From an uncultured delta proteobacterium (GTDB taxonomy: Bacteria; Desulfobacterota; BSN033; UBA1163), in NCBI GenBank assembly GCA_963820625.1, contig CAWGAV010000010.1, positions 83,915-147,914 on the forward strand: 64,000 bases of DNA, read 5' to 3'. This document shows, piece after piece, positions 10,285 to 19,387 of this stretch. The translations under genes and the position numbers were made by a program. How positions within the stretch are numbered: the first letter of the stretch is position 1; each line of letters starts with the position of its first letter. The notes under the pieces are model-generated. The model had not been told where the DNA came from, searched no databases, and was given only the letters and a program-made list of their open reading frames with translations.

Positions 10285-11406
10285 TTATTTCTCCAGTTGT
10301 CGGGGATATTCAGTTAGAATAGTCGGTCCTTTTGACCCCACCACCACAGTATCTTCAATCCGAACCCCCCATGGACCCGTGTACAACCCACAATTACCCA
10401 CTGCAATCACCACATTCGTCTCCAAAGGAAGTGGTTCTTTCTCTCCATGAAAGAAGGCATGACCTGGCGGCAGCGGTGATTCTTCGAAGTCAATTCCCAC
10501 ACCATGGATGAGCGGTCCAAAGATATGGCCGCCATGTCCACCCTCTTTAATCACTTCATGAAGAGTCTGTTCTAACTCAACCATTCCAACTCCTGTCTTC
10601 ACCTTGGCGATTGTAGATTGTTGAGCTTTCAGATATGAGTCATAGGCAACCTGCTGTTCAGCCGTCGGTTTGCCTGCGCAAACAGTCCGGCATATATCCG
10701 CACTATAACCATTGACGATCGGGTGGATGTCAATCATCACTAAATCGCCATGCTGTAGTTTACGAAGTGTAGGTAGACCATGGGCGATGTTCGTGCGTGG
10801 GCCAGAAGAGACATAAGTACGCCAGAATTCTTCTGCACCGGCTCGACGCATGGCATACTCTGCTTTGGCTGCCACTTGACTTTCCGTCATCCCTGGTTTT
10901 AAAGCCGCTACGGCTGCTTTCATTCCCTTTACAGCCACTTTCGCTGCGGCTTTAATGCGCTTGATCTCCTCCTTATCCTTGACGATACGAAGTTCAGATA
11001 GGAGATGGGTACAGTCTTTGACGTTTATACCAGTGGGTTTCGCATGGGGATGGGTAAGCATGCCCATCATGGACTGTGTAAGATACGTGTATTCCAGGCC
11101 TACTGTTCCTTCTTTGATCCCGAAATGTTCAAAGTTGTGAGCAATGGAGTGAATCATTCCCACTTCATCATCAAAGCCAACGATGTGATCAAAGTGGGCG
11201 AGTTGTTTGACATCCATTACATCGGTTTGTGGTACGCCCAGGGCCACCTTCCCATCCTGAGTAATCATGGCATAGGCACATAAACGGCCATCACCTGTAA
11301 GGTAGAACATATTGGAAGGTTTGGTAAGTAAGAGAACATTCAGACCTACCTCTTTCATTAATTGGCTGCATCTTTTAAGACGTTCCTGATAAGGTTGAGC
11401 TGGCAT
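10285..11406 (-). CDS. Xaa-Pro aminopeptidase (M24 family)
   Basis: N-terminal creatinase-like domain; D...GYSADICRT, HGVG, GVRIEDTV. Confidence 0.85.
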   Translation of the reverse strand: MPAQPYQERLKRCSQLMKEVGLNVLLLTKPSNMFYLTGDGRLCAYAMITQDGKVALGVPQTDVMDVKQLAHFDHIVGFDDEVGMIHSIAHNFEHFGIKEGTVGLEYTYLTQSMMGMLTHPHAKPTGINVKDCTHLLSELRIVKDKEEIKRIKAAAKVAVKGMKAAVAALKPGMTESQVAAKAEYAMRRAGAEEFWRTYVSSGPRTNIAHGLPTLRKLQHGDLVMIDIHPIVNGYSADICRTVCAGKPTAEQQVAYDSYLKAQQSTIAKVKTGVGMVELEQTLHEVIKEGGHGGHIFGPLIHGVGIDFEESPLPPGHAFFHGEKEPLPLETNVVIAVGNCGLYTGPWGVRIEDTVVVGSKGPTILTEYPRQLEK

Positions 11407-11454
11407 TTAAGTCTCCTTTTTGCCCCTCCCCAAATAGAGGGGGAGGGGCAATGA

Positions 11455-12705
11455 TTACTTATTCTTGGATTTTTCACGCATTTCTGCTGCCATTTCCTTG
11501 ATCTCTGTCAAATCCCTCTGCATCTCGCTCCAGCCATACCAGAGCGCATAATCCGGGTTGGCATGAAATGTCCCCTGGAATGCCCTCATCCGATGCTCAA
11601 GGAACATAACGAAGAGTTTCTGCTCAATCACTGTTGGGGCGTCATGGAAGGTGAGTAAGTCTGGAAATGGGTAAGCATAATTTTTCGGTTTGGCAAGGAT
11701 GCCATCTTTGTACAGACCGGCCACTGTGAGAATGGCTTCAGCCATTGGGCGATCAACTTCTTTGATCATCTGATCGCCTTTTGCTAACTCCATTTTCGCA
11801 AAATTGACGGAGTGGCATCGATTACAGGTCTTGATCATCTTGTCCCGTTCTTTTTGCCAATCTTCTTGTGTGAGCCGTGCCACATTGGCTGCCTTCACCA
11901 CATCAAGTCTTGCTGTGGGTTTCCCATCAGGGTCAAGTACTCCAAGGGCCTGGAGAATGGTTACACGGTCAGATGTCCATTGCTTATCCTCTGGCATCGG
12001 GAGTCGAACTGCAAGAAATCCCCAGGCTGTTAGGACACCGTGGTTTCCTCCCTGCATGTGACACGTTTGACAGGTTGGTGCCGCAACGGTTGGGGGAAGC
12101 GTCTTGATTTGTTTCAACAGGTATCGGACCCCATGTTTCGAACCGGAATACATCTCCCATTGAGGATGGTCGAAGCCCATATGGCATGTCTGGCAGGCTT
12201 GGGGCTGTCTGGCTTCCTGAACTGAAAAGGTGTGCCGGGTATGGCATGCATCGCATGAAGCCACCCCAAATCCTGCTCCACTCTTTTTCAGCTCATTTAT
12301 CTCTGCCTCGGTCTTCAATCCAATTTTATGGCAGCCTCCACATCCCTTCATCCCTTCCATCAAGGCCATGGGTTGCCAGTGTGCCGTAGGCATTGCTTTC
12401 ATGGCTGCCCATGCCACCGCATGCTTTCCGCTTTTGAATTGCTTCACTCTCGCTTCATGGCAAGCTGCACAGGTGTCTGGTGTGGGGATCTTAACCTTGG
12501 CTACATCTTGAGCTGATTTGTGTTGATCGCCATGACATTCTGAACAACCAATCTTATTCTGGTTGTGCTTGCTCAGTTGCCAATCCGAGACAATATTGGG
12601 TGTTACCTTCTTATGGCATTCAATACAAACCTGGGCTAATGCAACAGAAGCAAAAGTCAAACTCAATAAAATCACGAGAATCGTCCTAAATATCATTCGT
12701 CCCAT
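11455..12705 (-). CDS. Octaheme hydroxylamine-oxidoreductase-family cytochrome c (reductive epsilon-HAO-like)
   Basis: 8 CxxCH; HAO signature CDACHTRHTFS...CQTCHMGFDHPQWEMY..SKHG; C-terminal FHANPDYALWYGW; signal peptide. Confidence 0.85.
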   Translation of the reverse strand: MGRMIFRTILVILLSLTFASVALAQVCIECHKKVTPNIVSDWQLSKHNQNKIGCSECHGDQHKSAQDVAKVKIPTPDTCAACHEARVKQFKSGKHAVAWAAMKAMPTAHWQPMALMEGMKGCGGCHKIGLKTEAEINELKKSGAGFGVASCDACHTRHTFSVQEARQPQACQTCHMGFDHPQWEMYSGSKHGVRYLLKQIKTLPPTVAAPTCQTCHMQGGNHGVLTAWGFLAVRLPMPEDKQWTSDRVTILQALGVLDPDGKPTARLDVVKAANVARLTQEDWQKERDKMIKTCNRCHSVNFAKMELAKGDQMIKEVDRPMAEAILTVAGLYKDGILAKPKNYAYPFPDLLTFHDAPTVIEQKLFVMFLEHRMRAFQGTFHANPDYALWYGWSEMQRDLTEIKEMAAEMREKSKNK

Positions 12706-12820
12706 ATTCCCTCCTTTAAAATCCCTCCCAACCTCCCTTTTATAAGGGAGGATGAAGGGGGATTACCCGTTTTCATTGTCTGTAATTGTCGAACCTTTGA
12801 TGATAGGGTATATCGTGACC

Positions 12821-13183
12821 TTATTGCCTCACCTCCTTTCCTTTGGTTTCGATATACTCTTTGAGTGCCACCGCATTATTAAATTTTTCCTCTTTAGACC
12901 CAAAAAGCAGTGTGACCATTCCCTCTTTCACTCTTTTAAAAATCTGATGAACCAGTTCTTTCCTGTTGTTCAACTCTTTAAAATATTTTTTCTTAAATTC
13001 GACCCATTTTTTAGGATCATGAGCATACCATTTTCGCAAATCATTGCTCGGAGCAATATCCTTCAACCATAAATCCACCTTCGTCTTATCCTTGCTTAAA
13101 CCTCTTGGCCACAATCTGTCAACTAGTATTCTGAAACCGTCATCTCGAGCGGGCGTCTCATAAATTCTTTTTATTCTAATCAT
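12821..13183 (-). CDS. DUF488/YeaO-family protein
   Basis: IKRIY...[15 protein letters not shown]...WLKDIAPS. Confidence 0.88.
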   Translation of the reverse strand: MIRIKRIYETPARDDGFRILVDRLWPRGLSKDKTKVDLWLKDIAPSNDLRKWYAHDPKKWVEFKKKYFKELNNRKELVHQIFKRVKEGMVTLLFGSKEEKFNNAVALKEYIETKGKEVRQ

Positions 13184-13219
13184 CCATCAATCCCCATCAC
13201 AGCCATTTTTGGAATGAAC

Positions 13220-13546
13220 TTATTTCATCTCATTCGGATGAGGAGCCTTGATGACTAAGAAGGCAAGCCTCTCTTTCGATTCATTCTTGATACTCATGGA
13301 CGATTGGAAGAGAACACGGAGAAGCTTTCCCGGTCCCATCCGAGTTACATCATTCCCGATATGAAAAGTTCCCTCGCCGTGAGCCACCATAAGTGTCACG
13401 TTTGAGTTGGCGTTATGCTGGGGAACCTGCTGGCCGGGCTCAAGACAGACTTGGTTGATCTGGAGATACTTCTCTTCAACCAGGTTCGCAAACCCTCGAT
13501 CCTCTTTCTTGAAAACTTCCTTTTCCTTGAGATCAATGATGATCAT
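13220..13546 (-). CDS. Cupin-domain protein
   Basis: LEPGQQVPQH...GEGTF...IKAPHP. Confidence 0.8.
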   Translation of the reverse strand: MIIIDLKEKEVFKKEDRGFANLVEEKYLQINQVCLEPGQQVPQHNANSNVTLMVAHGEGTFHIGNDVTRMGPGKLLRVLFQSSMSIKNESKERLAFLVIKAPHPNEMK

Positions 13547-13643
13547 AAAAACCTCCTTTTACCATTTTACTCAGAGCCGGGCGAAATTGAAAAGAGATTT
13601 TTAATCCAAACCTTTTCGAAAACTGATGAGATTTAACGCCAGT

Positions 13644-14468
13644 TCATCTTTTTATAAAAGCAATCTTTTCGCAACACTCCCTCAGGAGATGGTAGGCGGA
13701 GCCCCCCTGTTTCAGGATCTTGATCATCAGATCTGGATTCAAGATTTGAACTCCCGCCATGATATCAACGCCTCTTTTAAAGAAGGCATTGGGAATCATG
13801 CTGGCTGTGGGCCCAATGATGGCTGTACGTTTTCCATCGGTGATTGAGGATAGGATTGTGTCAATGGTGTGATTCACGATGGCTGTGCCAGTGATAATAA
13901 TGACATCCGATTTTTCAAAGGCGGATGCCATCTCGGATTCTGGTTTGAAATATTTCATCTCATCTGTTCTCAGAGTTTGAGGGTTCTTTTCGACGATGTA
14001 GAAGGGATTCCCCATCATTTTTAGGCGACGGATATAAGGACCGAAAGCACCAATTAATGTAACGGTTTCATTGGGTTTGATTTTTAAAAGATCAAAGCCG
14101 TCCTTTTCTTTAATAACCACATATTCAATTCCGTCATCCGATTCAATAACCGATTGGGAGAGAGCATTAAGGGTGGCTACACCGATGGCGCTCTTCAGAA
14201 CATTAGTGTCCAGAGCGTATTTAAGAATTTCTGAAACGGGGCTTCTGTCTAAATTTCCGGCTTGTGGCATTCGGGCTGCTGTGGTAGGGCAACAAACTGC
14301 TTCTGGGATTTCACCAATAGGGGTGAAAGCAACTCCAGCATGACCCGTTGATAATTTCACTCCTGTAAAAAAGATGCCGATGACTAAGTCATCTACCCAT
14401 AAATCATGAATAGGGGTAGGGGACTTTTCAGTTAATATGTTGATGGTTTCAGAAATAACAGATGACAT
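13644..14468 (-). CDS. DUF364/DUF4213 Rossmann-like protein
   Basis: AIGVATLNAL, IITGTAIVNHT, IIGPTAS. Confidence 0.82.
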   Translation of the reverse strand: MSSVISETINILTEKSPTPIHDLWVDDLVIGIFFTGVKLSTGHAGVAFTPIGEIPEAVCCPTTAARMPQAGNLDRSPVSEILKYALDTNVLKSAIGVATLNALSQSVIESDDGIEYVVIKEKDGFDLLKIKPNETVTLIGAFGPYIRRLKMMGNPFYIVEKNPQTLRTDEMKYFKPESEMASAFEKSDVIIITGTAIVNHTIDTILSSITDGKRTAIIGPTASMIPNAFFKRGVDIMAGVQILNPDLMIKILKQGGSAYHLLRECCEKIAFIKR

Positions 14469-14476
14469 GGCTCAAA

Positions 14477-14531
14477 GTTGTAACTTAGGGCTTTAGCCCT
14501 GATTGATCAACCCTGAAGGGTTGAGTTACAA
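14477..14531. repeat. REP-like double hairpin
   Basis: TTGTAACTTAGGGCTTTAGCCCTG...CAACCCTGAAGGGTTGAGTTACAA with terminal inverted repeat. Confidence 0.6.
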
Positions 14532-14567
14532 GCTGAAAGTTCAAAGCTATAAGCTATCAGCCATTAA

Positions 14568-15887
14568 CTATTGGCTCTTCTTCGTTGCTATGCTTAGGAC
14601 ATCGATGATGTAGATAATAACCCCGGTGAATAGACCAAGCCCTCCGAAGAGAACGATCATGAACCAGGGTCTCATAAAGCCCTGAACAGTGAGAAAATCC
14701 ATTCCCAATCCTCGCCACATGTAGGATTGGATCACTCCTGCTACCCCAAAAGCTAAACCCATTATTGCCACACTGATGGTCGTGATCCAGAAGACCCAAA
14801 ATCCTCTCTTTTGATTGAATTGTTCTAAGCCTTTCAATTTAGGCAAGGCATAATAGATCGTGGTCAGGATGACCATGGCATAGGCACCAAAGAATGCCAT
14901 ATGGCCGTGGGAGGCGGTCACCTGAGTTCCGTGAGTCCAGCGATTGACAACAGGTAGCGTATGGGCAAATCCCCATACCCCTGCACCGATAAAATGGAAG
15001 ATGGCACAGCCCACCGCCCAATAGAGGACAAGGCGATTGGTGATTTCAATTTTTTTATGTTTAACATGATTGAGGGTATCAAAGACCATAAAAAGGATCG
15101 GAAGAGGCTCCAGGGCACTGAAGATTCCACCCCACCAGAGCCAATAACCAGGTGTTCCGATCCAGTAGTAATGGTGACCTATTCCAATGATACCAGTGAT
15201 GAGAACCAATGCCACCTCAACATAGAGCCACTTCTCAATCACCTGGCGATCTACACCAGTGATTTTCAATAAAACAAAGGCCATGAGGGAGGCAGCAATG
15301 AGTTCCCAGGCTCCCTCCACCCATAAATGAATGACCCACCACCAGTAATAGTAGTCGAGGGTGAGGTTTTTAAAGAAGGGGATTCCAAAGAGCCACATGA
15401 TAGCCAACATGACAATGCCTCCCAAGAGCATGCCTTGAATAGCTGTCCATTTCTTTGTCCGGATCATCGTGAGAAAAACATTGAAGATAAAGATCAAGGC
15501 CACGATCACAATGGCCCATTTCAACTCCACAGGTAATTCTAAGAGGGGCCTTCCGGCTGTCCAACCGAAGAGAAATCCGAGGACCCCTACCAAACCACCC
15601 AAGAGGAGTAGATAAAATTGGAGATTGGCTAATTTTTTACTGAATAATTCTGTACCGGATTCTTCTGGCACAATGTAATAGGTCCCACCCATGAATCCAA
15701 AGATCATCCAGACTACAAGGAGATTGGTGTGGATGGCACGGGCAGTATTAAAAGGAAGAAATCCAATAAGCGGGTCCGGCCAGATGTATTTGGAAACGAG
15801 AAGGAGGCCGACAATTACCTGAAGGCCAAAAAAGATTGCTGAGATGACAAAGTATTTTATCGCCACTTTTTGCGATTCAAAAGCCAT
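14568..15887 (-). CDS. norB: Nitric oxide reductase large subunit (cNOR)
   Basis: AIHTN, HLWVEGAWE, GHHYYW, SALEP, HGHMAFFG; ~12 TM helices; adjacent norC. Confidence 0.92.
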   Translation of the reverse strand: MAFESQKVAIKYFVISAIFFGLQVIVGLLLVSKYIWPDPLIGFLPFNTARAIHTNLLVVWMIFGFMGGTYYIVPEESGTELFSKKLANLQFYLLLLGGLVGVLGFLFGWTAGRPLLELPVELKWAIVIVALIFIFNVFLTMIRTKKWTAIQGMLLGGIVMLAIMWLFGIPFFKNLTLDYYYWWWVIHLWVEGAWELIAASLMAFVLLKITGVDRQVIEKWLYVEVALVLITGIIGIGHHYYWIGTPGYWLWWGGIFSALEPLPILFMVFDTLNHVKHKKIEITNRLVLYWAVGCAIFHFIGAGVWGFAHTLPVVNRWTHGTQVTASHGHMAFFGAYAMVILTTIYYALPKLKGLEQFNQKRGFWVFWITTISVAIMGLAFGVAGVIQSYMWRGLGMDFLTVQGFMRPWFMIVLFGGLGLFTGVIIYIIDVLSIATKKSQ

Positions 15888-15903
15888 CTTTTTTCCTCCT
15901 TTG

Positions 15904-16599
15904 CTATTTGAGGCTCGTCAAATAACCAATCAAGATTTCGATTTCACCCTCAGTAATCTGTGGAAAGGGTGGCATCGCGGTATTGGGAGCGTGAGATTTA
16001 GGGTTTCTAATCTGTTCTACAATCCATAGAGGATCTCGGTTGCTTCCCACATGAGTTAGGTCAGGGCCGACTGTGCCCCCCCTTCCCCCAATCTGATGAC
16101 AAAGATCACATCGATACTGATCAAACACATTCTTACCCAATAAGATTTGGGCCCCTTCTTCTATAGCCGTTCCAATTGTTTTAGCTTCGGTAACAGGTTT
16201 GGGGGGCCACTGGTTGGTGTCGATGGCATCTACCCATTTGAAAAAGGCGATGAGTTTCTTTAATTCATCCTCCGTAAGATTTTGATTAGGCATTTTTCTC
16301 CTTTTTGGATCAGAACTTTCTGGATTTTTTAAGAAAGCCCTTAGCCAGGTCTCTCCTCGTGTGGAGTAGGCTTTTGTTACATCGGGAGAGTAATAGCCTC
16401 CAATACCGAGGATGGTATGGCAATCATTACAATTGTGCTTATGCCAGACCCTCTTCCCAAGAACCACTTCGTCGGTTAGCTTATCGGTGTTCGTCCGTTT
16501 AGGAATAGTGGAATGGGTATCAATGGTAAGCCAGATGAAGACAGCAATACAAATGACCGTTCCCCAGATAAAAAAATTCCTTGCAGCCTTTTTATCCAT
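15904..16599 (-). CDS. norC: Nitric oxide reductase cytochrome c subunit with a second fused cytochrome c domain
   Basis: N-terminal TM, GKRVW...CNDCHTILG.GGYYSPD...KMPN...WPP, then CDLCH...GPDL...AMPPF. Confidence 0.88.
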   Translation of the reverse strand: MDKKAARNFFIWGTVICIAVFIWLTIDTHSTIPKRTNTDKLTDEVVLGKRVWHKHNCNDCHTILGIGGYYSPDVTKAYSTRGETWLRAFLKNPESSDPKRRKMPNQNLTEDELKKLIAFFKWVDAIDTNQWPPKPVTEAKTIGTAIEEGAQILLGKNVFDQYRCDLCHQIGGRGGTVGPDLTHVGSNRDPLWIVEQIRNPKSHAPNTAMPPFPQITEGEIEILIGYLTSLK

Positions 16600-16652
16600 A
16601 AGGAACCTCCTTCCTTCCAGTCACCAGGTTAAATTTTAAATATTATTTCTTA

Positions 16653-16695
16653 ATTATATGAACTCATGAGGAGTAAAATCATTGACTTAAGTCAA
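16653..16695 (-). promoter_or_regulatory. Crp/Fnr-family box plus -10 element upstream of norC
   Basis: Perfect palindrome TTGACTTAAGTCAA at 16682-16695; TATAAT on the minus strand at 16658-16653, 23 nt downstream. Confidence 0.75.
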
Positions 16696-16904
16696 AACCC
16701 TTATCTCTTCTTTTTGAAGAAAATGGGTTTCAAATTTGTATTTCAGAAGATTTTATCCCACTAGTTTGAATGGGAAATCCGATAGAAATTATAGCATGAG
16801 AATTGCGAAAGTGAATAGATTTATTGAATTCCTTGCCGAGGATGATTATCTATAAATTAATAGAGTTAGAGGATTCTGAAATCAACTAAAAGGAGGCAGT
16901 TAAT

Positions 16905-17531
16905 ATGGTGTTTAATAAGAATCTAATTATCTTATTATTATTTCTAATGTTTCTGGTCTTTGGCTGTGCAACGACACAACCAAAGATTCCAATGGATAGG
17001 GCTTCATCACAACCTGGCACACAGGTAACCTTTAAAGGAAATCCGGTTAAACTTCTGGGTTCACCCATATCAATTGGAAAACCTCTACCATCAGTTGGTT
17101 TAGTAGATGCGATGACCATGAATAATGTAGATCTGTCCAAAGAAAGGGGTTCTGTTCTCCTTCTCAGTGTCGTCCCTTCTCTTGACACCCCGGTTTGCGA
17201 TGCACAGACCCATTATCTGGGAGAGAAGGGGAATACACTCCCCCCGGGTGTCAAAAGAATTGTCATCAGCCGTGATACACCCTTTGCGCAAAAACGTTTT
17301 GCCAATGAAGCAAAGCTTACAAATCTTCAATACTTATCAGATTATAAACAGGGGGATTTCGCCCGCTCCACAGGACTTTTGACAGAGGGGCTCATGCTTT
17401 TTGCGAGGTCTGTCATCATTTTGGATAAACAGGGAATCGTGCGATATATCCAGGTGGTTCCTGAAATGACGCACTTACCGGATATGGAGAGGGCTTTTCA
17501 GGTGGCCGTTGAGATGGCAAAAGAGGGATGA
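16905..17531 (+). CDS. tpx: Thiol peroxidase (Tpx family), predicted lipoprotein
   Basis: VTFKGNP, VPSLDTPVC, ISRDTPFAQKRF, lipobox LVFGC. Confidence 0.8.
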   Translation: MVFNKNLIILLLFLMFLVFGCATTQPKIPMDRASSQPGTQVTFKGNPVKLLGSPISIGKPLPSVGLVDAMTMNNVDLSKERGSVLLLSVVPSLDTPVCDAQTHYLGEKGNTLPPGVKRIVISRDTPFAQKRFANEAKLTNLQYLSDYKQGDFARSTGLLTEGLMLFARSVIILDKQGIVRYIQVVPEMTHLPDMERAFQVAVEMAKEG

Positions 17532-17698
17532 TTAGACAAATACAACATTTTTAACGATAAAATACATGATTTACCTTATTTATTTTTAAGGCCATTTATT
17601 TTAGTGTGATTGGCAAAGGAGGTGATGAGTGAGAGCGAGCGGTCAACTACATTGAAATCGATAAACAAGATTAAGCAGGAAGAAAGGAGAAGATTACC

Positions 17699-18061
17699 GT
17701 GCGAAAGATAATGATTCTCGGTGTATTAGTAAGCTTTTTGATGTTTCTAAACATTGTCATTCCAGTCTACGCAGCTGAAACCGTTACAGTCAAAGGGGAA
17801 GTGATTGATACCTACTGCTATTCGTTGATGGGAGCAAAAGGTGAGAGCCATCGGCAGTGCGCCATCGACTGTGTTAAAGCTGGTATTCCAGCAGGGCTCC
17901 TTGAGGAAGGAACCGGGAAGGTCTATGTCTTGTTACCCAATAAAGACAAAACAGGTTTACCCAAAGGCGTTATTGACAAAATGGGACGTATGGCTACTGT
18001 CACTGGCAAAGCCTATACAAGCGGCGGAAGCAACTTCTTGACCGTTGAGTCGATCAAGTAA
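17699..18061 (+). CDS. Exported Cys/His-containing hypothetical protein
   Basis: Signal peptide; GEVIDTYCY...HRQCAIDC..AGIP; AAGGAG RBS. Confidence 0.7.
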   Translation: MRKIMILGVLVSFLMFLNIVIPVYAAETVTVKGEVIDTYCYSLMGAKGESHRQCAIDCVKAGIPAGLLEEGTGKVYVLLPNKDKTGLPKGVIDKMGRMATVTGKAYTSGGSNFLTVESIK

Positions 18062-18065
18062 GCCT

Positions 18066-18548
18066 ATGTTTGAGACCCTTCTTCCAGGAGTGCAGCACCT
18101 TCAAAACATCCACCCATTGGTGGTTCATTTCCCAATCGCATTTTTAGTGGGTGCTGCATTCTTTTATTTTTTGGGTTGGATTTTTCGAAACAATACTTTG
18201 ACAACAGCAGGATTTTTATTGCTCATCCTTGGGACCCTCTCTGCAGGGGCCGCAGTTGGAGCGGGACTCTATGCCGAGGAAGGGGTAATGCTTTCGCGCT
18301 CGGTGCGGGAGCATCTTCTGGAACTGCACGAAAAGGTTATGCTCGGCACTTTAGGACTAAGTATTGTTTTGAGCATCTGGGCTTTGGTCGCACGGCCATT
18401 TCCAAAGAAAGGGAGATGGATATTTCTCTTCTTGTTTTTAGTGCTGCTGGGAATCATGACCGTGGGTGCTGATTATGGTGCCCGGATGGTATATGATTAC
18501 AACGCAGGCGGGAACGCCTGTTCGCAGCCCATCGAATTTACCAAGTGA
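18066..18548 (+). CDS. DUF2231-type membrane protein
   Basis: NIHPLVVHFPIA, HE, GADYGARMVY; 4 TM helices. Confidence 0.8.
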   Translation: MFETLLPGVQHLQNIHPLVVHFPIAFLVGAAFFYFLGWIFRNNTLTTAGFLLLILGTLSAGAAVGAGLYAEEGVMLSRSVREHLLELHEKVMLGTLGLSIVLSIWALVARPFPKKGRWIFLFLFLVLLGIMTVGADYGARMVYDYNAGGNACSQPIEFTK

Positions 18549-18587
18549 GGTTTTCCAAATCTTTTTTAAATGAGGGATTCAAAAAAG

Positions 18588-19259
18588 TTATTTGACAATG
18601 AAAAATCCTTTAAGGTTTTGGTATTTCTTTCCTCCGATACCTCTTACATTTTTTAATTCTTCAACTGACCGAAACCCCTTCCTTCTTTCCCGATAGGTTA
18701 TAATCTCTTGAGCCAAGGACTCACCGATCCCGGGGATCAAACAAAGGTCCTCCATGGATACTCGATTGAGGTCGAGGGGAATGGAGAAGACGAGCAATTT
18801 ATTGGCAGCCATCCTGCCGATTCTTATCTTTATCTCTTTATCCTTAATTCCCCTTATTCCCCCATTTGATAAAGGTCCCTCATTTTTCTCCCTCTCCACT
18901 GGGGGGAGAAGGGAGGGGTGAGGGGGAAATCGGGAGATTGCAGAGGATTCTTTCACTACGGTGAGAAGAGTTCCTGTTTCCAAGATTTCGGAGGATGAGG
19001 TTGTTTCGAATTGGGCAGTCTCCTTCAAACCTCCTGCTCTTTCGATCGACTCCTTTAAAGTGGGTGGATTTTGGAAAAGATAGACTCCAGGATTTCGAAC
19101 CTCGCCTGAGACCTCCACAACGATCTCTTTCAAGAACTCTTCCGGAGGAGGGGAAAAGGGATGATAATAAAATTTAAAATAGAGGATACCGAGGAGGAGA
19201 AGGGCTAAAACAAATAGGATTCGTTGCTGAGGTACAGAAAAATATTTCATGAATGCCAA
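18588..19259 (-). CDS. comEA: ComEA-like DNA-binding protein (TM-SLBB-HhH)
   Basis: VSGEVRNPGVY, LDLN...IPGIG...FRSVEELKNVRGIG. Confidence 0.82.
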   Translation of the reverse strand: MAFMKYFSVPQQRILFVLALLLLGILYFKFYYHPFSPPPEEFLKEIVVEVSGEVRNPGVYLFQNPPTLKESIERAGGLKETAQFETTSSSEILETGTLLTVVKESSAISRFPPHPSLLPPVEREKNEGPLSNGGIRGIKDKEIKIRIGRMAANKLLVFSIPLDLNRVSMEDLCLIPGIGESLAQEIITYRERRKGFRSVEELKNVRGIGGKKYQNLKGFFIVK

Positions 19260-19387
19260 ATTTCAAAATCCAAATGTCAAATCAATGGCAAATGACTAAA
19301 TATCAAAAAAAATTTGACATTTGGGTTTTGGATTTTATTTGGGCTTTGCCTGCCTGCCGCAGGCAGGAGCTTTGATATTTGACATTT

